A DNA stretch of 64,000 nt from Octopus sinensis (Eukaryota), in contig NC_043025.1 of the NCBI RefSeq assembly GCF_006345805.1, positions 12,586,001 to 12,650,000 on the forward strand, in the 5' to 3' direction. The notes under the pieces are model-generated. The model was not told the DNA's origin, did no database searches, and was given only the letters and a program-made list of their open reading frames with translations. Position 1 is the first letter of the stretch. Each line of letters opens with the position of its first letter. Below are positions 38,514-51,759 of this stretch, piece after piece. Position numbers and translations under genes: made by a program.

Positions 38514-38686
38514 GTAGGTTGGTATTGGTGTTGGTCACGCAATGCTGCCAACACCACTTTTTCTTTCCTTTCATTTTTTTTCTTATTTGTGTAGGAAGTG
38601 TTATGATTTATGAGAGTGAGGCATGGATAATGAATTGAATATTATAATAATCTTAAATTTTAACAAGTTTAAATTGTGATTGTGAA

Positions 38687-38845
38687 GGAGTGGCTGTGTG
38701 GTAAGTAGCTTGCTAACCAACCACACGGTTCTGGGTTCAGTCCCACTGCGTGGCATCTTGGGCAAGTGTCTTCTGCTATAGCCCCGGGCCGACCAATGCC
38801 TTGTGAGTGGATTTGGTAGACGGAAACTGAAAGAAGCCTGTCGTA

Positions 38846-38890
<45 letters not shown>

Positions 38891-39092
38891 CTGTGTTTGT
38901 CTCCCTAGCATTGCTTGACAACCGATGCTGGTGTGTTTACGTCCCCATCACTTAGCGGTTCGGCAAAAGAGACCGATAGAATAAGTACTGGGCTTACAAA
39001 AGAGTAAGTCCCGGGGTCGATTTGCTCGACTAAAGGCGGTGCTCCAGCATTGCCGCAGTCAAATGACTGAAACAAGTAAAAGAGTAAAGAGA
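38687..39092 (+). mobile_element. Full-length family-A SINE (tRNA-like head, internal (TA)n, conserved tail); dozens of copies or fragments across the window
   Basis: GGAGTGGCTGTGTGGTAAG...GGTTCAGTCCC head, GGCACCTTGGGCAAGTG-like core and tail ending GACTGAAACAAGTAAAAGAG. A near-identical copy lies at 52995-53373. Confidence 0.95.
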
Positions 39093-39994
39093 GTATGTGA
39101 CCTGGTGGGTTATAGGTTGTTGCACTAATGATTGCAAGATTGTAGGTTCAATTCTCAGACTGTGCAGTGTGTCGTGTTCTTGAGCAAGACACTTCATTTC
39201 TCATTGTTCCAGTCTCCCCTTTTATCAGGGGTCACTGTTGGCTTACTTGCCTAACCAGTGGGATGACTCAGAATGTGAAGACTGACAAAATGACGTGAAG
39301 CATTTTGCCAGCTGCCATAATCAACATCATCATCATCATTTAACGTCCGTTTCCCATGCTGGCATGGATTGGATGGTTCGACTGGGTCTCTGGGAAACCA
39401 GGAGGCTGCACCAGGCCCACAATCTAATCTGGCAATGTTTCTACAGCTGGATGCCCTTGCTAATGCCAACCACTCAGTGAGTGTAGTGGGTGCTTTTTAC
39501 GTGCCACCGGCACAGGTGCCAGACGGGGCTGGCAAACGGCCACGCTCGGATGGTGCTTTTTACGTGCCACTGCCATGGGGGCCAGGCGAGGCTGGCAAAC
39601 GGCCACAATCGGATGGTACTTTATACGTGCCACCGGCATGTACCTGTCTGGCTGTGTGTGTGTGTATGTATGTGCATCTAGATGTGTACATGTCAAGCTG
39701 TGTATGTGTCTGTGCCCTTATAGTTAACCAGGCTGTCCATGAAGGAATCATACCCAATGATTGGTGTAGCAGCATTATAGTCATAGAGGCAATAATAGTA
39801 ATAATAATAATAATAATAATACAGTTTGATAATCTGAAATTTTTTTGATAATTTTCAATTTTAATTATATTAAATTATTTTGGTAATCTTAAATTGTTAT
39901 TACTGCAAGCTTTAATCCTCTCTCTTTCTCTCCCTTTTTTTCTTTTTCTTTCTCTCCCTCTCTGCCGTCGTCGTCGTCGTCATGGTGATTCCAG

Positions 39995-40255
39995 TTTCAC
40001 AAATGGTCGCACACCTATTTCGGTCTACCCTGGTACATACAGCTGCTACAGAAGTACCACATCATCCTCCCGTGCAAACACCACCGAATCCACCACGTGG
40101 CACCACACGAAACCTACTTTTGTATCACGACTGGCTGGCTCAACTTCCTCTTCGAGAAGATTCGCTTCTGGTCCAGCTTGGAGTACATCATTGAGAAGAC
40201 CACCGGACACAAACCTCGGACCGACGACATGAAATGGGCAAAGAAGATCGACTAA
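39995..40255 (+). CDS. PEDS1: PEDS1/TMEM189 terminal coding exon
   Basis: TTCCAG acceptor, 261 bp, FHKWSHTYFGLPWYIQLLQKYHIILPCKHHRIHHVAPHETYFCITTGWLNFLFEKIRFWSSLEYIIEKTTGHKPRTDDMKWAKKID*. It carries the HKWSH and HHRIHH boxes. Confidence 0.97.
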   Translation, partial: FHKWSHTYFGLPWYIQLLQKYHIILPCKHHRIHHVAPHETYFCITTGWLNFLFEKIRFWSSLEYIIEKTTGHKPRTDDMKWAKKID

Positions 40256-40307
40256 AATGGCAACGGGTGATTTTGTTTTTTTGTTCAATGTTTCACTCCA
40301 AAGGAAA

Positions 40308-40755
40308 TCACACTGCAGGTAAGCTACACCTGAGTATCTCTCACTTTCCACTTATTTATATTTACACTGCAGGTAAATATCATCATCATCATCGTTTAGC
40401 GTCCGCTTTCCATGCTAGGGATCTGGGAAGCCAGAAGGCTGCACGAGGCCCAGTCAGATCTGGCAATGTTTCTACGGCTGGATGCCCTTCTTAACACCTA
40501 ATATATTTATTTATATTTACACTGCAGGTAAATTACACCTGAGAATCTCCCACTTTCCATTTATTTATATTTACACTGCAGGTAAATATATTTATTTATA
40601 TTTACACTGCAGGTAAATTACACCTGAGTATCTTCCACTTTCCACCTATTTATATTTACACTGCAGGTAAATTACACCTGAGAATCTTCCACTTTCCATT
40701 TATTTATATTTACACTGCAGGTAAATTACACATGAGTATCTCCCACTTTCCAGAT
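40308..40755. repeat. 54-bp tandem repeat, about 7 copies, in the presumptive PEDS1 3' UTR, interrupted by a short SINE/LINE-tail fragment (about 40380-40495)
   Basis: CACTGCAGGTAA at 40311, 40365, 40520, 40574, 40605, 40659 and 40713. Confidence 0.9.
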
Positions 40756-40955
40756 CCTATTTATTTTACTTTTGCAGCAGATGAGATGTCGTTAGCTCTC
40801 TTCTGTAACCCTATTTATCTCTCGCTTTTATAAGCCTATTGAGAAGAGATAAATTATGTATTCTGTTGTGTCTGGGGAGAATCATTTTCTTTTTGTGCCT
40901 TATACTTTAACGCACTCACCGGTAAAATTTCCACTTATTTCATCTTTTGGCGAAC

Positions 40956-41083
40956 CTTCGGTATAAGTACACACATGACTTTGTTTACATTTCTGAAGAT
41001 AACAGAAACCCTTTTATCCCTCCCCTAACACCCCATATATAAAAAAAACACTTTCTTGAAATGTATCCGGTACTTATACCGAA
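40956..41083. mobile_element. MITE with TTCGGTAT(A)(A/G)GTAC terminal inverted repeats (family also at 54527-54753 and 61773-62254)
   Basis: CTTCGGTATAAGTAC ... GTACTTATACCGAA, with an internal sequence shared by all three copies. Confidence 0.8.
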
Positions 41084-42323
41084 TTTATGCCCTTATTTTT
41101 ATTCTCCTAAAATTTTCATTGCGCCTTGCAACCTTTTCAATAGTCTTGACGCAACAAATATTAAATACAAGTAAATAACAGATGGTAATCTCCCTTCGTG
41201 AGTTTGATATCTCTCCTTTTCAGACCCTGTTTTTCTCCCCACACCTTTAACTTTATCAACTGCTGCTCACCTCTCCCTGTGGTTCTGCATGTCTTCACAT
41301 ACGAAACCCTATTCTGTAACATATTAGCCATGATAAATAACAGTTATCTCCCCTTTCTATACCCTATTTATCTCCCCCTCTTTAACCAAAGTTATCTGCT
41401 CATCAGTCTTCATCTTCCAATTTTGAAACCCTGTTCACATGATTATCTCCCCTTGTCTTTTAACTATCCTATTATCGTTTCAGAATTGGATGTGTCCTGC
41501 TGTGGCTGTTAACTGGAGTTCAATACCAAGGCATCCATCCATCCATGCCCTCCACTGTCGATAGAAGTATACTCACCAATCATATTGACAACAACAAAAA
41601 CACTCTTATATAATTAACCAAAGCCTCTGCTTCTCTCTCTCTCTCTCTCTCTTTCGTCTTATCCATCCAGCCAGAAGCCAGCCATACCCATCACCCTAGA
41701 AAGGAACTATGCTATTCACATATATATGTATATATATATATATAATATATATATAAAGCTAAATAACACACTCACCTAGCTTGCTCCTATGTTTGCCTCC
41801 CAATCCAGCCATGGCTGTCACTGTGAGTAACCACCTAAATTTCCGTCTTTCACTCCCCCTCTCTCTTACTCTGTTATCCATGGGTAAATACCTATCCCTT
41901 CCCTTTCCACTTGTCTCTTTCCCCACCTCCATCCATGACCCTCACTGTGGATTGACATATAATCACCTACACACTATACCTTAACAATTAGTACTACCAC
42001 TACTACTACTACAACTACTAGTCATAGAAAGTTTAGTAACTTGTAACCCCTAAACTCCTCTCGACTCCACTCATGCCCCCCACTCCTAAGACCAATGTCG
42101 CCTTTTGCCCTTCAAAGCCCCAGATCCCTGCCTCACACCCCTCCAATGTTTCTCTCTCTCTCTTCCGTCCCTTAAACACACACACACGCAGAGCTTTCCT
42201 GCTTGCTGAATCTGCCGCTGGAACCAGCCCATAGCCATCTGACTGCAGCAAATATTTTGTACAAAGAGAAGACGCTGTCTTTTGCTATACATATTTATTT
42301 TACAGCATAAAAAAAATATATGT

Positions 42324-42374
<51 letters not shown>

Positions 42375-42447
42375 ATATATGTATATAAATATATTTTATA
42401 TATATAGATATGTGTGTGTGTATAGATATGTATGTATATATATATGA

Positions 42448-42478
<31 letters not shown>

Positions 42479-42511
42479 CACATATATGAATATGTATGTA
42501 TACATATAGAG

Positions 42512-42542
<31 letters not shown>

Positions 42543-42885
42543 GATAGATAGATAGATTTATATATATAATATACAGATATTGATATATATATATATAGAG
42601 GGCGGTGCCCCAGCATGGCCTCAGCCGGATGGCTGAAACAAGTAAAAGAGTAAAAGAGTAAATAGAGAGAGAGAGAGACAGATTTAGATCATATAAATAT
42701 AAATCTGTTATATATATATATGTATATATATATATTATATATATTTATAGATTTGTATTTAAAATTCATATAGTATAATATATATATTATATATATATTA
42801 TTATATATATATAATATATAATATAATATATTATATATATATATACATATATACATATATATACATATATATACATATACATCTA

Positions 42886-42917
<32 letters not shown>

Positions 42918-43642
42918 CTCATATAATATATTATATATATACTATATATATATATAATATCCATTGCACGATATATATAGTATACATAAATACTTATGCA
43001 CACACACAGCTATATTCATACATATATATTTATTTATATATACACAACATCTCTCTATATAATTGCTTTTTTTTTTTAGTTAGTAGCATTGTAAAAAAAG
43101 TGACTGGTGCAACATTACTACTACTACTAGTTGTAGTAGTAGTAGTAGAAAACGAACTCTTTTTAATATAAATAAAAATATTCAAAGCTAAGCAAAATAA
43201 TTTGAAAGCATTCATATATATGTGTATATATGTATGTATATATATGTGTATGTATGCATATATATATATGTATGTATGTTATATTATATATATATCTATA
43301 TATATATGATATGTGTATGTATGCATTAATATATGTATGTCATGTATGTATATATATATAATATGGTATTATTATATATATTATATATGTATGTATATAT
43401 ATATGTATGTATATATATATATATGTATGTATGTATAATATAATATATATGTATATTTCTATATATATGTATGTATATATATATATGTATGTATATATAT
43501 ATATGTATGTATATATATACTATATGTATGTATATATATATATATATGTATGTATGTATATATATATAATGTATGTATATATATATATATTGTATGTATA
43601 TATATATATATATGTAGTGTATATCTATATATATACTGTATG

Positions 43643-43673
<31 letters not shown>

Positions 43674-43677
43674 ATAT

Positions 43678-43718
<41 letters not shown>

Positions 43719-44222
43719 TATGTACATGTGTATAAATATACACATGCACACACACTTTTATGTCTTGAGGTTATTCAGTTAAGGTACCATACCATCAGAT
43801 GTGAGTTCAAATCCAGCCGAGGTCATCTTTGCTGTTTCATCCACCCTTGAGTGGATTTCAATGTAATATAGTCCCCCCGTCGTATAATAGACTCTTCCAC
43901 TCCTTCCCTTTTGCAATGGGTAACAAAGTGATCCTTCCACTCTCTTTGCCCCTTGCCCTTCTTGTCCTTGCCCCTTGTCTTTCTTGCTGCTTTTCCTCCC
44001 TGGTCCCTGTTCTCCTCGCCTCTGTCACTCCTGCATATTATAGGCCCTGAGAATGATAACGTTTTCACGTCTGGTGCTTCATTATATGTGATGCATGCAT
44101 ACATACATACACATACACACACACACACATCTAGCTAGCTAGCTATAAACATATATATATATATACACACACATATACACACACACACACATATGCACAC
44201 ATCTAGCTAGCTAGCTACAAAC

Positions 44223-44255
<33 letters not shown>

Positions 44256-47247
44256 GACACACATATATAAATAACTACAACATAGATATCTATCTATATA
44301 CATACATACATACATGCACAAATACACACTTATGTGTACATTATATATATACATATATACATATATATTATGCATGTATATATTTTATATATATATATAT
44401 ATAATATTTAAAATATGTATATAATGTACATATAATATATAATGTATATATATATATATATATAAATAAATAACTACAACATAGATATCTATCTATATAC
44501 ATACATGCACAAATACATACTTATGTGTACATTATATATATATATATATTTAAAATATGTATATAATGTACATATAATGTATATATATATATATATATAA
44601 TATTTAAAATATGTATATAATGTATAAATAATGTATATATATATATTATGCGTGTATATATTTTATATATATATAATAATTACAATATGTATATAATGTA
44701 CATGTAATATATAATGTGTACATATATATATATATGTAGAAAATGTGTATATATAATGTTTATATGATATATAATGTGTATATTGTATATGTAATGTGTG
44801 TGCGTGTGTATATATATATATATATATTTCTTGCATTGAGACACCACCAAACCATTTTGCTAATGTTGCCTTTCACTGTTATTATTATTATTATTATTTT
44901 TTGTCTTGTCAAAGCGGGGGGGGGGATGTGGGGGTGATGAAGTCTAATTACATTTTACAACACTAACGATGTACTGTGTGTGTGTGTGTCGGACAAAGGG
45001 GGTCAGACTGTGGGTCAGAATGAGTTGATCTGTAAATCAAATGAGCCTTACCCTTCTCCTCGAACCACCACTCCGTCTTTCCACTTCTAAACGGGGCCCC
45101 CATGCTTTCCACACCTGTCCCTTTGTATCTAGTCAAATCAAAAATATTATCATTATTATTATTATTATTATTGTGACGAGTTGGCAGAATTGGCAGCGTT
45201 TCAGACCAAAAAAAAAAATTGCTTGCTGTCCTTACGTTCTGAGTTCAAATTCCGCCGAGGTCGACTCTGCCTTTTATCCTTTCCGGGTTGATAAACTAAA
45301 TACCAGCCATGCACTGGGGTCCGATGTAATCTACTAGACCTCTTCTCTAAAACATCAGGCCTTGTATCTCTATTAAAATGATTATTATTATTGTTGTTGT
45401 TGTCGTCCCCGAGTTCAAATTCTGCCGAGGTCGACTCTGCCTTTTATCCTTTCCGGGTTGATAAACTAAATACCAGCCATGCACTGGGGTCCGATGTAAT
45501 CTACTAGACCTCGCCTCTAAAACTTCCGGCCTTGTATCTCTATTAAAATGATTATTATTGTTGTTGTTGTCCCTGTGTCTGTTTTGTAACTCCTCTGCCC
45601 CCTGCTCTTTTATATCTAGTCCTTACGCTGTGTTTTCTCAGCGCCTTGCAGGGGGAGAGGAGGGGAATGAAGTCCCTACTTGTTACCATTCTTGTGGCCA
45701 GTATAGAATATATTTTACCAGAACCGGTAGAGCATTGAATGGAATTGCCTTGTGTTAATTGTAATCAATTGTAATTATGATCCCTTTTTTTTTTATGTTC
45801 TGCTTTCAAACCCCAACCAAGGTGGACTTTGTCCTTTTTTTTTTCCCTTTTAATTCTTTATATTTTCTTTTATGCGGAATCGGTGGAGCATCGGAGAAAA
45901 ATGCCATGTGGTATTTCTTCCAGCTGTTTCCATTCTGGTTTCACATCCCACCGAAGTCAACTTTGTCTTTCATCCCCTCCAGGGTCCTCAAAATAAAGTA
46001 CCAGTCGAATACAGGGGTCGAAATAATCAACTGTGGCCCCTGCCACCCACTAATCGCTGGCCTTATGCCAAAATTTCAGGGTCAAAATACTATCTGTGAA
46101 ATAATAGGGTCAATGTAATTGGCTGGTCCTTTGACCCCCAAATTTCAGGCCTTGTCCCTTTTGTAGAAAGAATTATTATTATTGGCGAGCTTGTAGAATT
46201 GTTAGCACGCTGGATGAAATGCTTAGCGGCCTTTTTGGGGGGTGGGGTCAATAAATTAAGTACCAGTTGTGTACTGGGGTCAGTGTAATCAATTAGTCCC
46301 CTCCCCACAAATTCGAAGCCTTGTGCCTCCCGTAAAAAGGATTATTATTATTATTAAGGCAGCAACTTATCCTCTGCCCCCTACTACTACCACTCCTCCT
46401 CCTACTACTACTACTGCTACTTCTATTCTTTCTTCTCCTCTGACTACTCCTACTCTGCCCCCTATTCTTGTGAGTGGCTGTTGTTTTTTGGGGTTTTTTT
46501 TGCTTTTATTTTGTATAAAGGGGGTGGGGTGAGGAATAGGGTTGGGTAGGGGTGACTAAGATGGCTTTAATTAATCAGTCACCCTCTCCCACTGTCGCTC
46601 TCCACCCCTGCCTCCCACTCCTGACGGTCACCATCTCTTGCCCCCCCCACACCACACACCCCCCCCCCTTCCTCCTTTTCAGTGTGTCACATTCTCCGGA
46701 AGTACCAGTTATATCTACTGGGCTTAAAATTTATTACAGAACAAAAAAAAAAAAAAGCAAACGAAAAAACAAAACAAAAAATGTGAAAGAGAAGCCAAAA
46801 AAAATGCACACAAAAAAACAAAAGCAACCCTCTTCTGCCCACCCCCACAGAATCTATCAGTTGCTACCTCCCCTCCTCTGCCAACTCTATCCCTCCACAC
46901 AATCGTAAAAGTAGCCATGTACTTGAGCACATTTCAGAATAGTTTGAAAGCAATTATTACCATCATTATTATTATTACTACTACTACTACTAATACTATT
47001 ATTATTATTATTACTACTACTACTACTAATACTAATACTATTATTAGTATTATTATAAGGGCAGCGAGCTGGCAGAATCGTTAGTATGCTGGACGGAATG
47101 CTTCACCTGTTGCTACGTTCTGAGTTCAAATTCCGCTGAGGTTGACTTTGCCGTTCAACCTTTTGGGGGTCGATGAATTAAGTACCAGTTACGCACTGGG
47201 GTCGATGTAATTGACCATCGCCCTTCCCCAAATATTATTATGATGAA

Positions 47248-47482
47248 GGCAGCAAACTGGCAGAAACGTTAGCACACCGGGCGAAATGCTTAGCTGTATT
47301 TTGTCTGCTATTACGTTCTGAGTTCAAATCCTGCCGAGGTCGACTTTGCAGTTCCTCCTTTCAGAGTCGATAAATTAAGTACCAGTTACGCACTGGGGGT
47401 CGATGTAATCGACTTGATCCCTTTGTCTGTCCTTATTTGTCCCCTCTATGTTTAGCCCCTTGTGGGCAAATAAAGAAACAAG
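47248..47482 (+). mobile_element. Family-B SINE (representative; many copies, e.g. 34700-34900, 55300-55538 -, 57880-58230 -)
   Basis: GGC(A/G)G(C/G)GAGCTGGCAGAAACGTTAGC head, GAGTTCAAATT/CC B-box-like motif and a GTACCAGTTACGCACTGGGG body, dispersed on both strands. Confidence 0.9.
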
Positions 47483-49234
47483 AATTGTTAGCTTGCCAAA
47501 TGAAATGCTTAGCGGAATTTTCCCCAAATTTTGCCAAGGTCAGCTTTGCCTTCCAACTTTTTTTTAGGGGGTGGGGTCATTGAAATAAGTACTGGTTGAG
47601 CACTGGGGTCCACACAGTCAACTAGTCCCTTCCACTCTGTGCCCATACCCTCGAAAATTTCCGGGTTTTATGCCTATATCCCAAAGGATCGTTATTATTT
47701 GCTGCTACTTTGCCTTTCATCCTTTAGAGGTCGACAAATTAGGTGCCAGTTGTACACTGGGGGGTTGATGTCATCGACTTACTCCCCCCCCCACCAAAAA
47801 TTCCAGGCCTTGAGCTCATAGTAGAAAGGATTATTATTATTATTATTAGAAAAAGCTACGGCTGTCGGTGCAACCACCTGAAGCCAATTATTCCCCCCAC
47901 CCACCATTTCTCACACACACACACATGCTGCTACAGAATGCTACACAGCGCCAACCACATCACCACTACCGCCACCACTACCACCGTCGCCGCCGCCTAC
48001 ACCACATGCAGTTTCTTCACCCTCGAATGAAATATTCTTGTAAAGACTTATGTTGCTTCTGAAATATAACCCCCCCCCCCCAAAAAAAAAATACTACTAC
48101 TACTACTACTACTCCCCTGCCATATTCTATACAGCTGAATCCTTGCAATCATGTGGGTGTATATGTGTGTGTATATGTTTCTATGTATATATACATGTGT
48201 GTGTGTATGTGTATATATGTAGGTAGGTATTTATATATGTATATATGTGTGTATATATGTGTATATATATATATATATGTATATATATGTGTATATATAT
48301 GTATGTACATATGTGTATATATATGTATGTACATATGTATATATATATATATATGTATATATATATAGATGTATATTTATTGTATATAGATATATAGATG
48401 TATATATATATTATAGATATATAGATGTATGTATGTGCATACATACATACAAATATATATGTGTGTGTGTATGTATATATATAGATAGATATATACACAC
48501 ACGCGCATGTATATAGATATACACGTATAAATATAAACACACATGTATATATAAATACACACACACACACATATATATAGATATAGTTATACACTCTCTA
48601 TAATATATATAGATACATACACACGTGTGTGTGTATGCGCATACACACACATGCATACATACATACACACACATGCTTACCTAAATGTATATACACACAC
48701 ACACAGTAACCCACATGGTATATATATATATATATATATTTTTCTTTTCTTTTGTTGTAATTAAATGAAATTGTTTGTAATAAAGAAAATTAATAAAATG
48801 AAATAAACTAATTAACACTAATTTAACCCAGTTGTTGATAAAAAAAAAAGCAAATTGGACAAAGAAGTAATAATAACGATATTGATAATTGTTATTATTA
48901 TTATTATAATTATTATTAAAATTTGGAAAAAAATGACAAAAAAATACCAGAAAGATTTCAGTAAATAACCAATAAAATTATATTAATGACACACCTGTTG
49001 TTTATTATTGGTTATTGTTGATTTATATTGATCTTGTTGATTGATTTTTGTGTATGCATACAGGTGTAGGAGTGGCTGTGTGGTAAGTAGCTTGCTTACC
49101 AACCACATGGTTCTGGGTTCAGTCCCACTGCGTGTCACCTTGGGCAAGTGACTTCTACTATAGCCTCGGGCCGACCAAAGCTTTGTGAGTGGATTTGGTA
49201 GACGGAAACTGAAAGAAGCCCGTCGTATATATGT

Positions 49235-49265
<31 letters not shown>

Positions 49266-49592
49266 TATGTGTTTGTCCCTCCAACATCGCTTGACCACCG
49301 ATGCTGGTGTGTTTCCATCCTTGTAACTTAGTGGTTCAGCAAAAGAGACTGATAGCATGACAAATCTGTTGTTTATTATTGGTTATTGATTTATATTGAT
49401 CTTGTTGATTCATTTTTGTGTATGTATACAGGTGTAGGAATGGCTGTGTGGTAAGTAGCTTGCTTACGAACCACATGGTTCCGGGTTCAGTCCCACTGCA
49501 TGACACCTTGGGCAAGTGTCTTCTACTATAGCCCCAGGCCGACCAAAGCCCTGTGAGTGAATTTGGTAGACGGAAACTGAAAGAAGCCCATC

Positions 49593-49633
<41 letters not shown>

Positions 49634-49636
<3 letters not shown>

Positions 49637-49831
49637 CACCTTAATCACCTTGACCGACCAGGCGTCCATTTGACACCACTGGTCACAGCACGCTGTCCAC
49701 TCCTCTCTGGATCGCGCCTTTCTCATCCACGTGATCCCAATCGTCCTCTTGAAATCATCACTCCACCGTCGTGGAGGTCTTCCGGGTGGTCTTTTCCGCT
49801 CACGCGGGTACCACTCGGCAACTGCGTGCAT
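49634..49831 (-). mobile_element. 3' end of an RTE-clade LINE inserted in the (TA)n of a SINE
   Basis: EWYPRERKRPPGRPPRRWSDDFKRTIGITWMRKARSREEW, followed by a short AAGGTGAT-repeat tail. Confidence 0.85.
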
Positions 49832-50143
49832 CCACCGATTATATATGGTCGTGTGTTTGTGTTTGTCCCCCCAACATCGCTTGACAACCGATGCTGGTGT
49901 GTTTACATCCCCATAACTTAGCGGTTCGGCAACTAGTATTGGTGTGTTTCCATCCTTGTAACTTAGTGGTTCAGCAAAAGAGACTGATAGAATAAGTACT
50001 AGGCTTTAAAAAAAATAAAAGTTCTGGGGTCGATTTGTTTGACTAAAACCCTTCAAGGCGGGGCTCCAGCATGGCTGCAATCAAATGACTGAAACAAGTA
50101 AAAGAATATTTGTTTTTCTCAAAACTTAGAAAAAAACAAAGAA

Positions 50144-50518
50144 TCTCTCTCTATATAAACGGCAGTTTGTCTGTCCGTGTGTCTGTCAGGTTGTACCCTC
50201 ACCCTGACCACGGCTTTCAACCGATTCTGATGAAACTTGACACACACATAGCCCAATGTCATAATTCAAAACTAACGCAGCGAAAATTTTGAAAAGTTCC
50301 CCCAGTTCTGAAAAAAATCGATAAATTCGACATGGGGTCGACAATCAGAAACACAAACCACAGACTGTCTAGGGGACGCAACTCGACCTTTTTAACTCTC
50401 AAAAAAATTTACCATCATTTTTTTTCCATTTTTTTGCTATTTTTTGGCTATCACTCTCTAAAAATGCTTTATAGTTATTTCCCTTACAAACCCGAGCAAC
50501 GCCGGGCGATACTGCTAG
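50144..50518 (+). mobile_element. Non-autonomous Helitron-like element
   Basis: A|TC 5' start, CTAG|T 3' end and a subterminal hairpin CCCG-AGCAACGC-CGGG (50491-50506) 8 nt before CTAG. Confidence 0.8.
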
Positions 50519-50719
50519 TTCATAATACAAATAAAGTAAAAACAAAACATAAAAAATGGTGAGTATATTCAAAGAATGTCCTTTGAGTTGATCTTATTTA
50601 ATGGAATTATTTCGTAAGCTGCACATGGTTCTTTTCTAATTCATTATATTTTTCAGTACAAAGATTATAAGTCTCTCATCTTATCTAGAATTCTTGGAGC
50701 ACTTTTTGCTTTACAGTTC

Positions 50720-51560
50720 TTTATTTAAGAGATGAGGAATTATGTACATTGTTTACATTTGACGGATATTTCTCCTCATCTTGTTTGTTGTTAACACAAT
50801 GTTTCGGCTGATATACTCTCCACCCTTCATCAGGTGCCATGGGGAAATTTCGAACCTGGGTTCTCATTTCTAAGGCATTTTTTGATACATTATTTACATT
50901 CGGGTACAACAGGGTTATTTACATTCGGGTACAACCTGGGTTCTCATTCCTAAGGTATTTTTCAATGTTATTATTATTATTATTCAATACAGTCTATATT
51001 TAAGAGATGAGGAATTATTTACATTTGATGGATATTTCTCCTCATCTTGTTTGTTGTTAACACACCGTTTCGGCTGATATACCCTCCAGCCTTCTTCAGG
51101 TGTCTTAAGGAAATTTCGAACCTGGGTTCTCATTCCTAAGGTATTTTTCAATGTTATTATTATTATTATTCAATACAGTCTATATTTGAGAGATGAGGAA
51201 TTATGTACACTATTTACATTTGATGGATATTTCTCCTCATCTTGTTTGTTGTTAACACAATGTTTTGGCTAATATACCCTCCAGCCTTCATCAGGTGTCT
51301 TAGGGAAATTTTGTACCTGGGTTCTCATTCCTAAGGTATTTTTCAATGTTATTATTATTATTCAATACAGTCTATATTTGAGAGATGAGGAATTATGTAC
51401 ACTATTTACATTTGATGGATATTTCTCCTCATCTTGTTTGTTGTTAACACAATGTTTCGGCTAATATCCCTCCAGCTTTCTTCAGGTGTCTTGGGGAAAT
51501 TTCGAACCTGGGTTCTCATTCCTAAGGTATTTTTTGATACATTATTTACATTCGAGTACA
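50720..51560 (-). repeat. Four tandem about 195-bp Penelope-type terminal repeats, each with a degenerate minimal hammerhead-like motif
   Basis: Motifs at 50793-50838, 51059-51104, 51254-51299 and 51446-51490. Reconstructed consensus: GACAC-CTGA(T/A)GA-A-GGCTG..CAGCC-GAAA-CGTT-GTGTT. Confidence 0.8.
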
Positions 51561-51759
51561 GCAGGGATCATCACCATCCTGTCGGAGCCTCGTGGAGCTT
51601 TAGGTGTTTTCGCTCAATAAACACACACAACGCCCAGTGTGGGAATCGAAACCATGATCCTCCGACCGCGAGTCCGCTGCCCTAACCACTGGGCCATTGC
51701 GCCTACACTGCAGCTGCTGGTGATGATGATGAACTTCTCTTTGGTATGAATACGTATGT

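Noticed and set aside
47941-48058. Possible minus-strand terminal exon (SNISLYKNISFEGEETACGVGGGDGGSGGGSGDVVGAV*)
   Set aside because: The acceptor is plausible, but the sequence is mostly low-complexity CAC/CGC repeat, with no partner exons or recognisable homology.
40256-50700. UBE2V1-like exons downstream of PEDS1 (the vertebrate TMEM189-UBE2V1 read-through arrangement)
   Set aside because: No ubiquitin-conjugating-variant-like peptide was seen in this interval.
50556-50720. ATG|GTGAGT plus downstream TTTTTCAG|YKDYKSLILSRILGALFALQF mini-gene
   Set aside because: It is short, has no recognisable homology and runs into a repeat. Chance splice-like motifs are common in AT-rich DNA.
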